In this document: positions 12,601 to 22,681 of the stretch, one piece after another
How the letters are laid out: each line of letters starts with the position of its first letter
How positions within the stretch are numbered: the first letter of the stretch is position 1
Assembly: GCF_036365525.1 (NCBI RefSeq)
Contig: NC_090382.1
Span: 101,924,595-101,988,594 of the forward strand
Length of the DNA: 64,000 bases
From: Heterodontus francisci
Lineage: Eukaryota
Reading direction: 5' to 3'
Position numbers and translations under genes: made by a program
Notes under the pieces: generated by a model
What the model was told of the DNA's origin: nothing
The model's input: the letters and a program-made list of their open reading frames with translations, nothing else
Database searches by the model: none

Positions 12601-14335
12601 TCCATGCTGTCTTGGTTCTTCAGGATCCCTGCCCTGCCAGAAGAAGGTGTAGTCTTGCTCTGCTAGAGAGCCACTCGCGGGGAGGCGAGTCTCCTGAAGT
12701 GCTGCAATGTCCACATTGAGTCTACTGAGCTCGTTGTTAATGATGGCGGTCTTCCGAGAATCGTTGATTTGTGTAAGGTCTTCCGACAGGCCAGGACACA
12801 TAGTTCTGACGTTCCAGCTTGCAAAGCGAAGGGCTGGTACCTTCTTTCCTTTTTTCATGTTGTTTGGTGCGGTGTATCAGTCCACCTTTCGGGCAATGAC
12901 CCTGAGCTCCAAGCACCCATTGAAGCAGGCAGACTGTGGCGGGACAGAACCTTATTGACCGGGGGCTGCCCGGTTTGAGGCGGGCGGTAGCTGTCCAGTG
13001 AGGTGCAATGACCTCTCCCACCGACAAAGGCAACCCGTGGCGCCCAGTTTCTACGCCAATTTATCTGGACTTATAACCCGTAACTGCTGCCTTCCGTGTT
13101 GTTTCAGTCGCTGTGAGGCAACTATGGAGTGACCTCTCCATGGCGCATGCCTGGGCAAATTTATGGAGGTTGAGAGTTGCCCAGTTGTCAAAGCCCCCCT
13201 CTCGGCCTTTCTGGTGGGGTCCAAAGGAGTGCAGGACACGACGTTTGGCACCAGTATGGCTGCAGGAACTGCCGGAAACATGCCAAAGGTGACACATGAC
13301 CGCCTACGGGGTTCCGCTCCGGATTTTCTGTTAGGCCATCTGCTCCCATCCCTAACGTTTTCTCCCCCAATCTGCCCTCTTAAACTGTTTAAATTCCCCT
13401 GGCTCTTTAAATCAGTTCATTTTAGCCCTATCTAAAAGTTAACAGTTAGTTTAGTGTATGTTACCTGGGCCCACTGCCCTCCCCCAGCCACACCTGCTCT
13501 TTGTTTTCTCAATGAAATTGATCCGGATGAAACTGACGAGAACAGCTGCCGATACTTTAATCTCCGATCCTGCTGTCTTCACAGTCCAGAGTGTCTGCAG
13601 CCACGGCATGCGGTAAGTCCATTGAGGTGAAGAAGGAGCTGCGGGACCCGAGAGAAGTTCTGTGAAAAGGTGCCCCGAACACCCAAAACATCCACGAACG
13701 GCCCCCCCGGCCGCAACTTCAAAGCGCCCGCGGGAGATGGCTCGGAGAGCATCTGCAGCGCACTGTCGGCAATGCTGCATGCCTTTATTTAAACCACTGC
13801 AAAAAAAAACCCTTAGCAAATGTAATCACCTCTAAGTCTGCCAAATGATGCTTCACCTCCCGAAGGACGTGGATGAGCTTTCCGGACGTCGATGGTGGGC
13901 ACTGAGGAAATGGCTTATTACCTGCACCAGATTCCACCCCCCCTCCCCCCCCCCCCTTTACCCCCCTTCCACCCCCACCCCACCCCCGTCCCCTTCCCTG
14001 CTCCACCCTCTCAGCTCACCCCCTCACAACCCCGTCCCAGCCCGCCCCCCCCTCGCACCATCTTCACCCCGCACCCCCTTCCCCTGCACCCCCCCCACCC
14101 CCTCCCTCTACCCCTCCCCCTTGCATCCCCTCCTCCCACCGGCACCATCCTACACCTGTGTAGGGGCCCCAACAACCCCACTGCCTTGTGGGCGTCTCGG
14201 GAGAGACCAAGGCTAAGGGAGTAAACCCTAACAGAAAATCCGGAGCGGAACCCCGTAGGCGGTCATGTGTCACCTTTGGCATGTTTCCGGCAGTTCCTGC
14301 AGCCATACTGGTGCCAAACGTCGTGTCCTGCACTC
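9611..14335 (-). mobile_element. Full-length RTE-clade (BovB-like) LINE with inverted 5' segment
   Basis: 12-bp TSD CTCAAAAAGGTT at 9599-9610 and 14336-14347; body on minus strand to 13335; 5' part inverted at 13336-14335. Confidence 0.92.
9667..12858 (-). CDS. RTE single ORF: APE endonuclease, RT and C-terminal zinc finger, intact 1063 aa
   Basis: SWNVRT, LQETR, YAPT, GDFNA, DTDH; QCGFR, GVKQGCVLAP, FADD; CSTCGRACHSRIGLYSHSRRC. Confidence 0.95.
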   Translation of the reverse strand: MKKGKKVPALRFASWNVRTMCPGLSEDLTQINDSRKTAIINNELSRLNVDIAALQETRLPASGSLAEQDYTFFWQGRDPEEPRQHGVGFAIRNSLLSMIEPPSNGSERILSIRLLTTSGPVHLLSIYAPTLCSAPEAKDQFYEQLHNIISSIPNTEHLFLLGDFNARVGADHDSWPSCLGRYGVGRMNENGQRLLELCTYHNLCITNSFFHTKPCHQVSWRHPRSRRWHQLDLIVTRRAALNSVQITRSFHSADCDTDHSLVCSKVRLRPKKLHHSKQKGHPRINTSRISHPQLLQKFLNSLVTALQNTPTGDAETKWAHIRDAIYESALTTYGKSAKRNADWFQSHNEELEPVIAAKRIALLNYKKAPSDLTSAALKAARSTAQRTARRCANDYWQHLCSHIQLASDTGNIRGMYDGMKRALGPTIKKITPLKSKSGDIITDQRKQMDRWVEHYLELYSRENAVTETALNAAQPLPVMDELDIQPTKSELSDAIDSLASGKAPGKDSITPEIIKSAKPAILSALHELLCLCWDEGAVPQDMRDANIITLYKNKGDRGDCNNYRGISLLSIVGKVFARVALNRLQKLAERVYPEAQCGFRAERSTIDMLFSLRQIQEKCREQQMPLYIAFIDLTKAFDLVSRRGLFRLLEKIGYPPKLLSIITSFHDNMKGTIQHGGSSSEPFPILSGVKQGCVLAPTLFGIFFSLLLSHAFKSSEEGIFLHTRSGGRLFNLARLRAKSKVRKVLIRELLFADDAALTSHTEECLQSLIDRFASACNEFGLTISLKKTNIMGQDVRNAPSINIGDHALEVVQEFTYLGSTITSNLSLDAEINKRMGKASTAMSRLAKRVWENGALTRNTKVRVYQACVLSTLLYGSETWTTYASQERRLNSFHLRCLRRILGIRWQDYISNTEVLEAANTPSLYTLLSQRRLRWLGHVSRMEDGRIPKDTLYSELATGIRPTGRPCLRYKDVCKRDMKSCDIDHKSWESVASIRQSWRAAIKTGLNCGESKRLSSWQEKRQRRKGRANCATAPTNKFLCSTCGRACHSRIGLYSHSRRCFTNH

Positions 14336-14721
14336 CTCAAAAAGGTTAATTACAGCTAAACTATTACACAGTACAGAACTATTTACAAAACCTTACTGTG
14401 GGTGTTACAGTTGCAGAGTGAATCTGGCTTGTAGTCACATGACTACATCCTGCTACTTGGCTCATTAGCATACTAATATCTTAAAGGGACATCACTCTTA
14501 AAGGCAATCATGCAACACAGATCACATGTCACTTCGGCTGAGGGAATCTCTCTTGATCTCATTTCCATTCACTGTTATACCTCTCTAAATATTGATGAAC
14601 TATTTGTGATCCCGAAAGTAGGGAGCGGATCCAGGTTTATAAGAAAGAGGAGCAGATCACAGGTCTGAAAGTTTCACACAGAACAATATCAGGATTTTGC
14701 TCGGCCATCTTGTCATGTACA

Positions 14722-14848
14722 AGGTTCTGAAGAAGAGTCATTTTCAACTCGAAACGTCAACTCTGTTTCTCTCTCCACAGATGCTGCCAGACCTGCTGAG
14801 TATTTCCAACACTTACTGTTTTAATGTCAGATTTCCAGTATTTGCTTT
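14722..14848 (-). mobile_element. Short interspersed repeat, Penelope-like terminus
   Basis: Same motif (AAATGCTGGAA..ACTCAGCAGGTCTGGCAGCATCTGTGGAGAGAGAAACAGAGTT) recurs near 15010-15110 and 33976-34070; flanked by direct repeat TCTTGTCATGTACA at 14708-14721 and 14849-14862. Confidence 0.55.
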
Positions 14849-15146
14849 TCTTGTCATGTACAGAACTGGAGCTGTGCTGGATTCAAAGGGGTTTATCATC
14901 TACACAGATCCATTACCTTGGATGCATTCCAATGAATGTTTAACAGAGTGGATTTAAAAGGAATGGGAAATGTACTCACCCCATTATTGCAACATGGTTA
15001 AGGAGAAATAAAAATAGAAAATGCTAGAAAACACTCAGCAGATCAGGCAGCATCTGTGGAGAGGGAAATACACTTAATGTTTCAGGTTGATGACCTTTAA
15101 TCAGAACTGGAAGATGTTCTAGGTTTAACAGATTTTAAGCAAGTAT

Positions 15147-16764
15147 CCTTCCTTTTCTCCTTTTGGGCCTCCTTATCTCGAGAGACAATGGATACGCGCC
15201 TGGAGGTGGTCAGTGGTTTGTGAAGCAGCGCCTGGAGTGGCTATAAAGGCCAATTCTGGAGTGACAGGCTCTTCCACAGGTGCTGCAGAGAAATTTGTTT
15301 GTTGGGGCTGTTGCACAGTAGGCTCTCCCCTTGCGCCTCTGTCTTTTTTCCTGCCAACTACTAAGTCTCTTCGACTCGCCACAATTTAGCCCTGTCTTTA
15401 TGGCTGCCCGCCAGCTCTGGCGAATGCTGGCAACTGACTCCCACGACTTGTGATCAATGTCACACGATTTCATGTCGCGTTTGCAGACGTCTTTATAACG
15501 GAGACATGGACGGCCGGTGGGTCTGATACCAGTGGCGAGCTCGCTGTACAATGTGTCTTTGGGGATCCTGCCATCTTCCATGCGGCTCACATGGCCAAGC
15601 CATCTCAAGCGCCGCTGACTCAGTAGTGTGTATAAGCTGGGGGTGTTGGCCGCTTCAAGGACTTCTGTGTTGGAGATATAGTCCTGCCACCTGATGCCAA
15701 GTATTCTCCGAAGGCAGCGAAGATGGAATGAATTGAGACGTCGCTCTTGGCTGGCATACGTTGTCCAGGCCTCGCTGCCGTAGAGCAAGGTACTGAGGAC
15801 ACAGGCCTGATACACTCGGACTTTTGTGTTCCGTGTCAGTGCGCCATTTTCCCACACTCTCTTGGCCAGTCTGGACATAGCAGTGGAAGCCTTACCCATG
15901 CGCTTGTTGATTTCTGCATCTAGAGACAGGTTACTGGTGATAGTTGAGCCTAGGTAGGTGAACTCTTGAACCACTTCCAGAGCGTGGTCGCCAATATTGA
16001 TGGATGGAGCATTTCTGACATCCTGCCCCATGATGTTCGTTTTCTTGAGGCTGATGGTTAGGCCAAATTCATTGCAGGCAGACGCAAACCTGTCGATGAG
16101 ACTCTGCAGGCATTCTTCAGTGTGAGATGTTAAAGCAGCATCGTCAGCAAAGAGGAGTTCTCTGATGAGGACTTTCCGTACTTTGGACTTCGCTCTTAGA
16201 CGGGCAAGGTTGAACAACCTGCCCCCTGATCTTGTGTGGAGGAAAATTCCTTCTTCAGAGGATTTGAACGCATGTGAAAGCAGCAGGGAGAAGAAAATCC
16301 CAAAAAGTGTGGGTGCGAGAACACAGCCCTGTTTCACACCACTCAGGATAGGAAAGGGCTCTGATGAGGAGCCACCATGTTGAATTGTGCCTTTCATATT
16401 GTCATGGAATGAGGTGATGATACTTAGTAGCTTTGGTGGATATCCGATCTTTTCTAGTAGTCTGAAGAGACCACGTCTGCTGACGAGGTCAAAGGCTTTG
16501 GTGAGATCAATGAAAGCAATGTAGAGGGGCATCTGTTGTTCACGGCATTTCTCCTGTATCTGACGAAGGGAGAACAGCATGTCAATAGTCGATCTCTCTG
16601 CACGAAAGCCACACTGTGCCTCAGGGTAGACGCGCTCGGCCAGCTTCTGGAGCCTGTTCAGAGCGACTCGAGCAAAGACTTTCCCCACTATGCTGAGCAG
16701 GGAGATTCCACGGTAGTTGTTGCAGTCACCGCGGTCACCTTTGTTTTTATAGAGGGTGATGATG
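15147..16764 (-). mobile_element. 5'-truncated RTE copy, nearly identical to the element at 9611
   Basis: ORF 15210-16688 matches the C-terminal part of the 1063-aa ORF apart from two internal residues. Confidence 0.95.
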
Positions 16765-17058
16765 ATATAGAGCCAGGGAAAAGGGGGCAGGAAAGAACAA
16801 AGGGGAAGGTCTGTGATCGGGCGGAGGGCAAGAGTGATTCAATGAGAAAAGGAAATACTTTCCCATTCCATTCTGAATCAATCTCTTTATCACAATCGAT
16901 CAGTACAATCAGCAAACGCTTGATTATCAGAGTTTTTAAATGATTGTTAAGGATAAATTAATAAAACATTCCCAAAGCTGTGATCATTCCCATTGAATTT
17001 GCATATTGTCTTTTCTACAACTTTTATTATGATGAGTATTTTGCTGTTAATCTTGTAG

Positions 17059-17115
17059 TCGTGTTCTGCTGCAAACCATTCCCTGTATGAGAGCGTGGAG
17101 ACAACCTTCTCCTGA
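17059..17115 (+). CDS. Candidate orphan terminal exon with a consensus ITIM (SLYESV)
   Basis: ttttgctgttaatcttgtag|TCG TGT...TGA = SCSAANHSLYESVETTFS*; AATAAA hexamers downstream near 17533 and 17563; no upstream exons found. Confidence 0.3.
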   Translation, partial: SCSAANHSLYESVETTFS

Positions 17116-18224
17116 GATTCCACTATCTCGTTGTGTGAACAGGTGCTGGGAGGTGAATGGGTGACACCCATATTTACTGAGCCGAGTTTCATTCCTGCTC
17201 ATTTATCGCAGCTCAGCTCCATTCAGCTCCTCTGCAGAGAGAGTCCAGCTGACTGGGACCACACAGTTACAAATCCACATCCCAACATTACAAACAACAC
17301 ACAGGCTGCTTCACTATGTCACCGCCAATCCCTACAGTTATAAAACTGTGAGCCCAGAGTGCAGCCTCACCAACCACGAGTGGAGATCAGGAATTCAGCC
17401 CAACGTCTGCATGCATTTCCATCCATTGCAATTTCATAGTGACCTGGAAAGTTAGCACTTGTAAAGTAAAATAACAGATACTGAAACTGGGAATTATTGA
17501 AACACACTTTGGGAGATAAACTAATCCAGCTCAATAAAAATATTACCAGAAAATAAATCCAGAATAAAACCACAAATCATTCCTAAAGTTTCTGAGTTGG
17601 ATTGATCTGGTTTATAAAGACTGCAGATCTCCATGGGCACAGAGATTCTGGGCTGAATGGCCTCTTTCTGTGCTGTATCATCCATTCTATGATCTCAGAT
17701 CAGTATCAGAGTTCAGGGTCTGCAATGCAACAGCTTCTTGTGAATCATCTGTTTTATTTCCTGTTGCACCGTGTGGATTCCCACTCTTCAATATCTGACA
17801 AAAGGCAAGAAATGTGCTTTAAATAAAGAGCTTTTCCTTCAATAATAAAGTGATGGATAGAAAGGAAGTTGAATTGAGGAGTAATTTTACTGAATGGGAA
17901 ATAGAGCAGAACACAACCCATACATCATTGGCTCAATATTAATGAAATAATTTCAACAGTTAAAGATTTCGGTAATTGGAAGGAACAGAGCTCTTTAAAA
18001 TTACAAACTCACTCCAGTTCCTGATAGAAATGATTGTGGAAGACTTTTCCCACAATGAAAATAGGAATGTAAAGTAGATTCACGCCAATCAGGCCAAAGG
18101 TCATGGTCAGAGTGTGACCACATTTCTAAAGAGTTCTCCCTGTGGTTCACTGACCTCACCAGTAAAGTTACCTCCTTGAACTTATGACTCAGCTTCTGAC
18201 TGAACAAGATAAGGCTGAAGCATT

Positions 18225-19880
18225 TGCAACAATCTTCAGCCAGAAGTGCCGAGTTGATGATCCATCTTGGCCTCTTCCTGAAGTCCCCAGCATCACAAAT
18301 GCCAGACTTCAGCCTATTTGATTCACTCCGCGTGATATCAAGAAACGACTGAAGGCACAGGATACTGCAAAAGCTATGGGCCCTGACAATATTCCGGCAG
18401 TAGTACTGAAGACCTGTGCTCCAGAACTTGCCACGCCCCTAGCCAAGCTGTTCCAGTACAGCTACAACACTGGCATCTGCCCTGCAAGGTGGAAAATTGC
18501 CCGGGTATAGCCTTTACACAAAAAGCAGGACAAATCCAACACGGCCAATTACCACTCCATCAGCCTACTCTCTATCACCGGTAAAGTGATAGAAGGTGTC
18601 ATCAACAGTGCCATCAAGCAGCACTTGCTTAGCAATAACCCGCTCAGTGACGCTCAGTTTGGGTTCTGCCAGGGCCACTCAGCTCCTGATCTCATTATAG
18701 CCTTGGTTCAAAAATGGACAAAAGGGCTGAACTCAAGAGGCGAGGTGAGAGTGACTGCCCTTGACATCAAGGCAGCATTTGACCAAGTATGGCATCAAGC
18801 AGCCCGAGCAAAACTGAGGTCAATGGGAATCAGGGGGAAAACCCTCCGCTGGCTGGAGTCATACCTAGTGCAAAGGAAGATGGCTGTGCTTGTTGGAGGT
18901 CAATCAGGGTAGTGGCCTAGGCCCAACCATCTTCAGCTGCTTCATCAATGACCTTCCTTCAATCATAAGGTCAGAAGTGGGGATGTTCGATGATGATTGC
19001 ACAATGTTCAGCACCATTCACCACTCCTCAGATATTGAAGCAGTCCGTGTAGAAATGCAGCAAGAACTGAACAATATCCAGGCTTGGGCTGATAAGTGGC
19101 AAGTAGCATTCGCACCACACAAGTGCCAGGCAATGACCATCTCCAACAAGAGAGAATCTAACTATCTCCCCTTGACATTCAAAAGCATTACCATCGCTGA
19201 ATCCCCCACTATCAACATCCTAGGGTTACCATTAACCAGAAACTGAATTGGACTAGCCATATAAATACCGTGGCTACAAGAGCAGGTCAGAGGCTAGGAA
19301 TCCTGCGGCGAGTAACTCACCTCCTGACTACCCAAAGCCTGTCCACCATCTGCAAGGCACAAATCAGGAGTGTGATGGAATACTCTCCACTTGCCTGGAT
19401 GGGTGCAGCTCCAACAACACTCAAGAAACTCGACACCATCCAGGACAAAGCAGCCCACTTGATTGGCACCCCATCTACAAACATTCACTCCCTTCACCAC
19501 CGACGCACAGTGGCAGCAATGTGTACCATCTACAAGATGCACTGCAGCAATGCACCAAGGCTCCTTAGACCTTCCAAACCCACGACCTCTGCCAATTAGA
19601 AGGACAAGGGCAGCAAATACATGGGAACATCACCACCTGCAAGTTCCCCTCCAAGTCACACACCATCCTGACTTGGAACTATATCGCCGTTCCTTCACTG
19701 TCGCTGGGTCAAATTTCTGGAACTCCCTTCCTAACAGCACTGTGGGTATACCTACCCCAAATGGACTGCAGCGGTTCAAGAAGGCAGCTCACCACCACCT
19801 TCTCAAGGGCAATTAGGGATGGGCAGTAAATACTGGCCAGGCCAGTGTCACCCACATCCCATGAATGAATAAAAAAAAAT
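18225..19880 (+). mobile_element. Degenerate CR1-group (Crack/Daphne-like) LINE, 3' part
   Basis: QFGF, ALDIKAAFDQVWH and FDDD RT remnants; ATGAATGAATAAAAAAAA tail. Confidence 0.8.
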
Positions 19881-20592
19881 GCTCTCCTACTAAATCTACT
19901 AATCCTGTTCGTTACCTGCCTAAACTGTGATCTGCTGTGAAGTTTATCATAATCATTAATTTTCACTAAATACTTTGACACTGTTCATCATTTTTACAGG
20001 TCACGCTGTTCAACCATTTAAATAATATTTGTTTCTGACGACATGCAAGTTACAAATCTACAAATTATAAGAAGAATATTTGTGATAGTAAATTCACTGA
20101 AAGAATATTGGGCTCCACGTGTGAGCATTGTTCATTAATTTTCTTTTTTCATTTCATTCATTGATTAGGTCTGATGATCAGAGATCTCCCTGGTTCCTTC
20201 CTCGCTGGAACTCACAGCCACCTGGTGCGGTCGAGGTGAAGAATACAGATTCAGTTCAAGGGAAGCTGGATAAGTACATGAGGGATTAATGAACAGAAGG
20301 CTTTGTCCATAGGGTGAGATGAAGTAGGATGGGAGGAGACTCACGGGGCACATAAATACTGACAAGGAGCAGCTGGGCTGAATGGCCTGTTTCTGTGCTG
20401 TAAATGTTATGTAATTCTATATAAACATCCAGAACAATATAGATTACCTCACACCCTTCATGTAAATTCAATCTTTCCACTAGTTACCACACTTCTGTAC
20501 CTCTTCCCCTATTAGTTCCCATTCTATATCTCCTCATTTCACCCAAAAGCACACAGCCTTGAAACACTCCTTCCTCGAACACAATCTGGACA

Positions 20593-20683
20593 GGGTTCCC
20601 CGAAAGTGAAACTTTCCTTTTGAATTGACCGAGATTTGACCATGAGTAAATTAGGTAAACACAAACCTGTCACAGAGGAAGTG
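20593..20683. promoter_or_regulatory. Candidate immune enhancer/promoter: kB-like site, ISRE and PU.1/ETS box
   Basis: GGGTTCCCC (20593-20601) abuts GAAAGTGAAACT (20602-20613); AGAGGAAGTG at 20674-20683; non-repetitive context. Confidence 0.45.
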
Positions 20684-21633
20684 GTTTCCAAAGGAACAAG
20701 TTTATTTCTGAGCCGCAACTCTACTCTAGCTCTCTACTGCCACCAGGCTACCGCAGTAAGAATAACAGCATCAAAAAATATACTCAAATTGTCACAAATT
20801 ATTGTGCGATTTTCAGTTCATCGTAATTTTTACAGGTCATGCTTTCACTGTTCGAATATTATGTGATCTCAAACGGTATCTTAAACCTTCATTTAAATAT
20901 TGCACATTACACTTAAATGAATCATCAATTGATGCATTTAAATAAATCAGTTGCTCCAAAGTGGATGAAATCTTAGAGCTTTGAATATTTTTCCTGATTT
21001 TAATATCAGAAACTTCCCTGCTCCCACTTTCCATCAGGCTCAAGGAAGAAACCAGAGAAAACTTAGAGCATCATATGTCTTTATCAATGAATGGAAAATG
21101 TTCAAATTAGGAACTCAACCTTTTAATATTTTTCACAAATATTACTCTTGAAAAGTATTATCAAGAAAATTGTCAGAAAGCAATATCTGTTCAAGGAACA
21201 TCAGTTTTCTCAGTGTCAAGTGACAGTTCAGCTATAATTGCTGATTTGCTGAAAAGTTTAAAGAAATTCTTACTCTGTTCATCCTCTTCAAGCAGCAAAT
21301 TAATCCAACAGCAAGGCCCAGTTTCACAAACAAGTATGTGTCACAAACTTCCAAATGTCTGGAAGTAGTCTCACTCTCACTGTGAAGGATAAAGTTCAGA
21401 TTTGCAGTTTCACTCTCTGTCTTGTTTGATATTGAAAATTCAAGAAAAGATGTGGAAAGTGAAAACATTCTGCTTTGAACACTGGGAGTCTTAATGTCAA
21501 ATATTTGTGTCAAGACTATGTTCCAATTGATTTTTTTTTGTCGGTTTATGTGTCTGGATTTGAGTAATTTTATCAGATTCTTGTGGGTGCAACAGTTTTG
21601 AATTAAAGTGAGCAGCTCCAAGTGAATGGCAAA

Positions 21634-22090
21634 ACAAGACTTGCATTTATATAGCGCTGTACACAATCACCGGATGCTTCAAATCATTTACAACCAATGA
21701 AATACTTTTGAAGTGTAGCACTGTTGTAATGTTGGAAATGCAGCAGCTAATTTGCACACAGCAAAGTCCCACAAACACCATTGTGATAATGACAAGATAA
21801 TCCATTTTTGTGATGTTAATAGAGGGTTAGATATTGGCCAGGACACGAGAGATAACTCCCCTGCTCTTCTTCAAAACAGTACCATGGAAATTTTCCCATT
21901 TACCCAGAGGTGCAGCCTCTGTTTAATATCACATCAAAAAAATGGCACCTCCAACTGTGCAGCACTGCCTCAGTACTGCACTGGAATGTCAGCCTTGATT
22001 TTTGTGCTCAGATCCTGAAATGGGATTTTAACCCTGAACCATCTGACTCAGAGGAAGAAGTGCTACAAACTGAGCCATTGCTGAGACTAA
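21634..22090 (-). mobile_element. SacSINE1-like DeuSINE
   Basis: Homologous to 28863-29290 and 58565-58945; L2-type tail TATATAAATGCAAGTCTT. Confidence 0.7.
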
Positions 22091-22681
22091 CACTAGCACT
22101 GAAAAGGAAGTGAATAAACACAAAATAAGGTCACTCATTATCTCAACTGGCCCAAACGGGATCAAAAAGTGTTGTCGTGCCCAGACTGACGGATGCAGAT
22201 TCCCACTTGAGATTACCCAGATGGTGAGTTCCCAGTCTTGGCTGTGCTCTCCGGGGAGACATTAACCATCCAGGTGTGAAACAGCCACAGGTCTGAAACT
22301 AGCATTAACTAAAAAAGACATCAACGTGCAATTTTGTTGAAATTATTAATATCTAACAGTGCTGCCAAACAAGTTCCATGTGTTCTTGAAATGTTTATCT
22401 AACATACTATTAATTAAGTATTTTCTTACAAGATATGAATTAAAGATATTATTTTAACAATATATGAGTTAACTACATGATATGGCTGGACAATTCCATC
22501 CGTAGACATGCTCCCAGTATAATTCTGCTTGACTGGGTCATCTTCCATGGCATTGGTCATGGTGAGGATTATCAAGCCCAATGTTAAACTATTAAAGAGA
22601 ACATTGAATGTAATCCAGCAAGTTATTCCCTCATCATTTATCTTTATTTTACTCTCCAGATCAATGTAGTTACATTCCTCA

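Larger units (their letters stand above)
9529..14517. mobile_element. Short (about 250 bp) solo LTR split by the RTE insertion
   Basis: TGTAAT...GCAACA ends; flanks TAGAT/CAGAT; halves 9529-9610 and 14348-14517 rejoin across the RTE TSD. Confidence 0.5.

Noticed and set aside
13845-14224. Proline-rich ORFs
   Set aside because: By-product of the C-rich low-complexity tract inside the RTE insertion.
17371-17443. Minus-strand exon-like segment (MDGNACRRWAEFLISTRG)
   Set aside because: Splice-like ends, but no hydrophobic leader core and no partner exons.
22185-22229. Plus-strand ATG|gtgagt candidate exon downstream of the ISRE cluster
   Set aside because: Weak acceptor and no downstream coding exons found.
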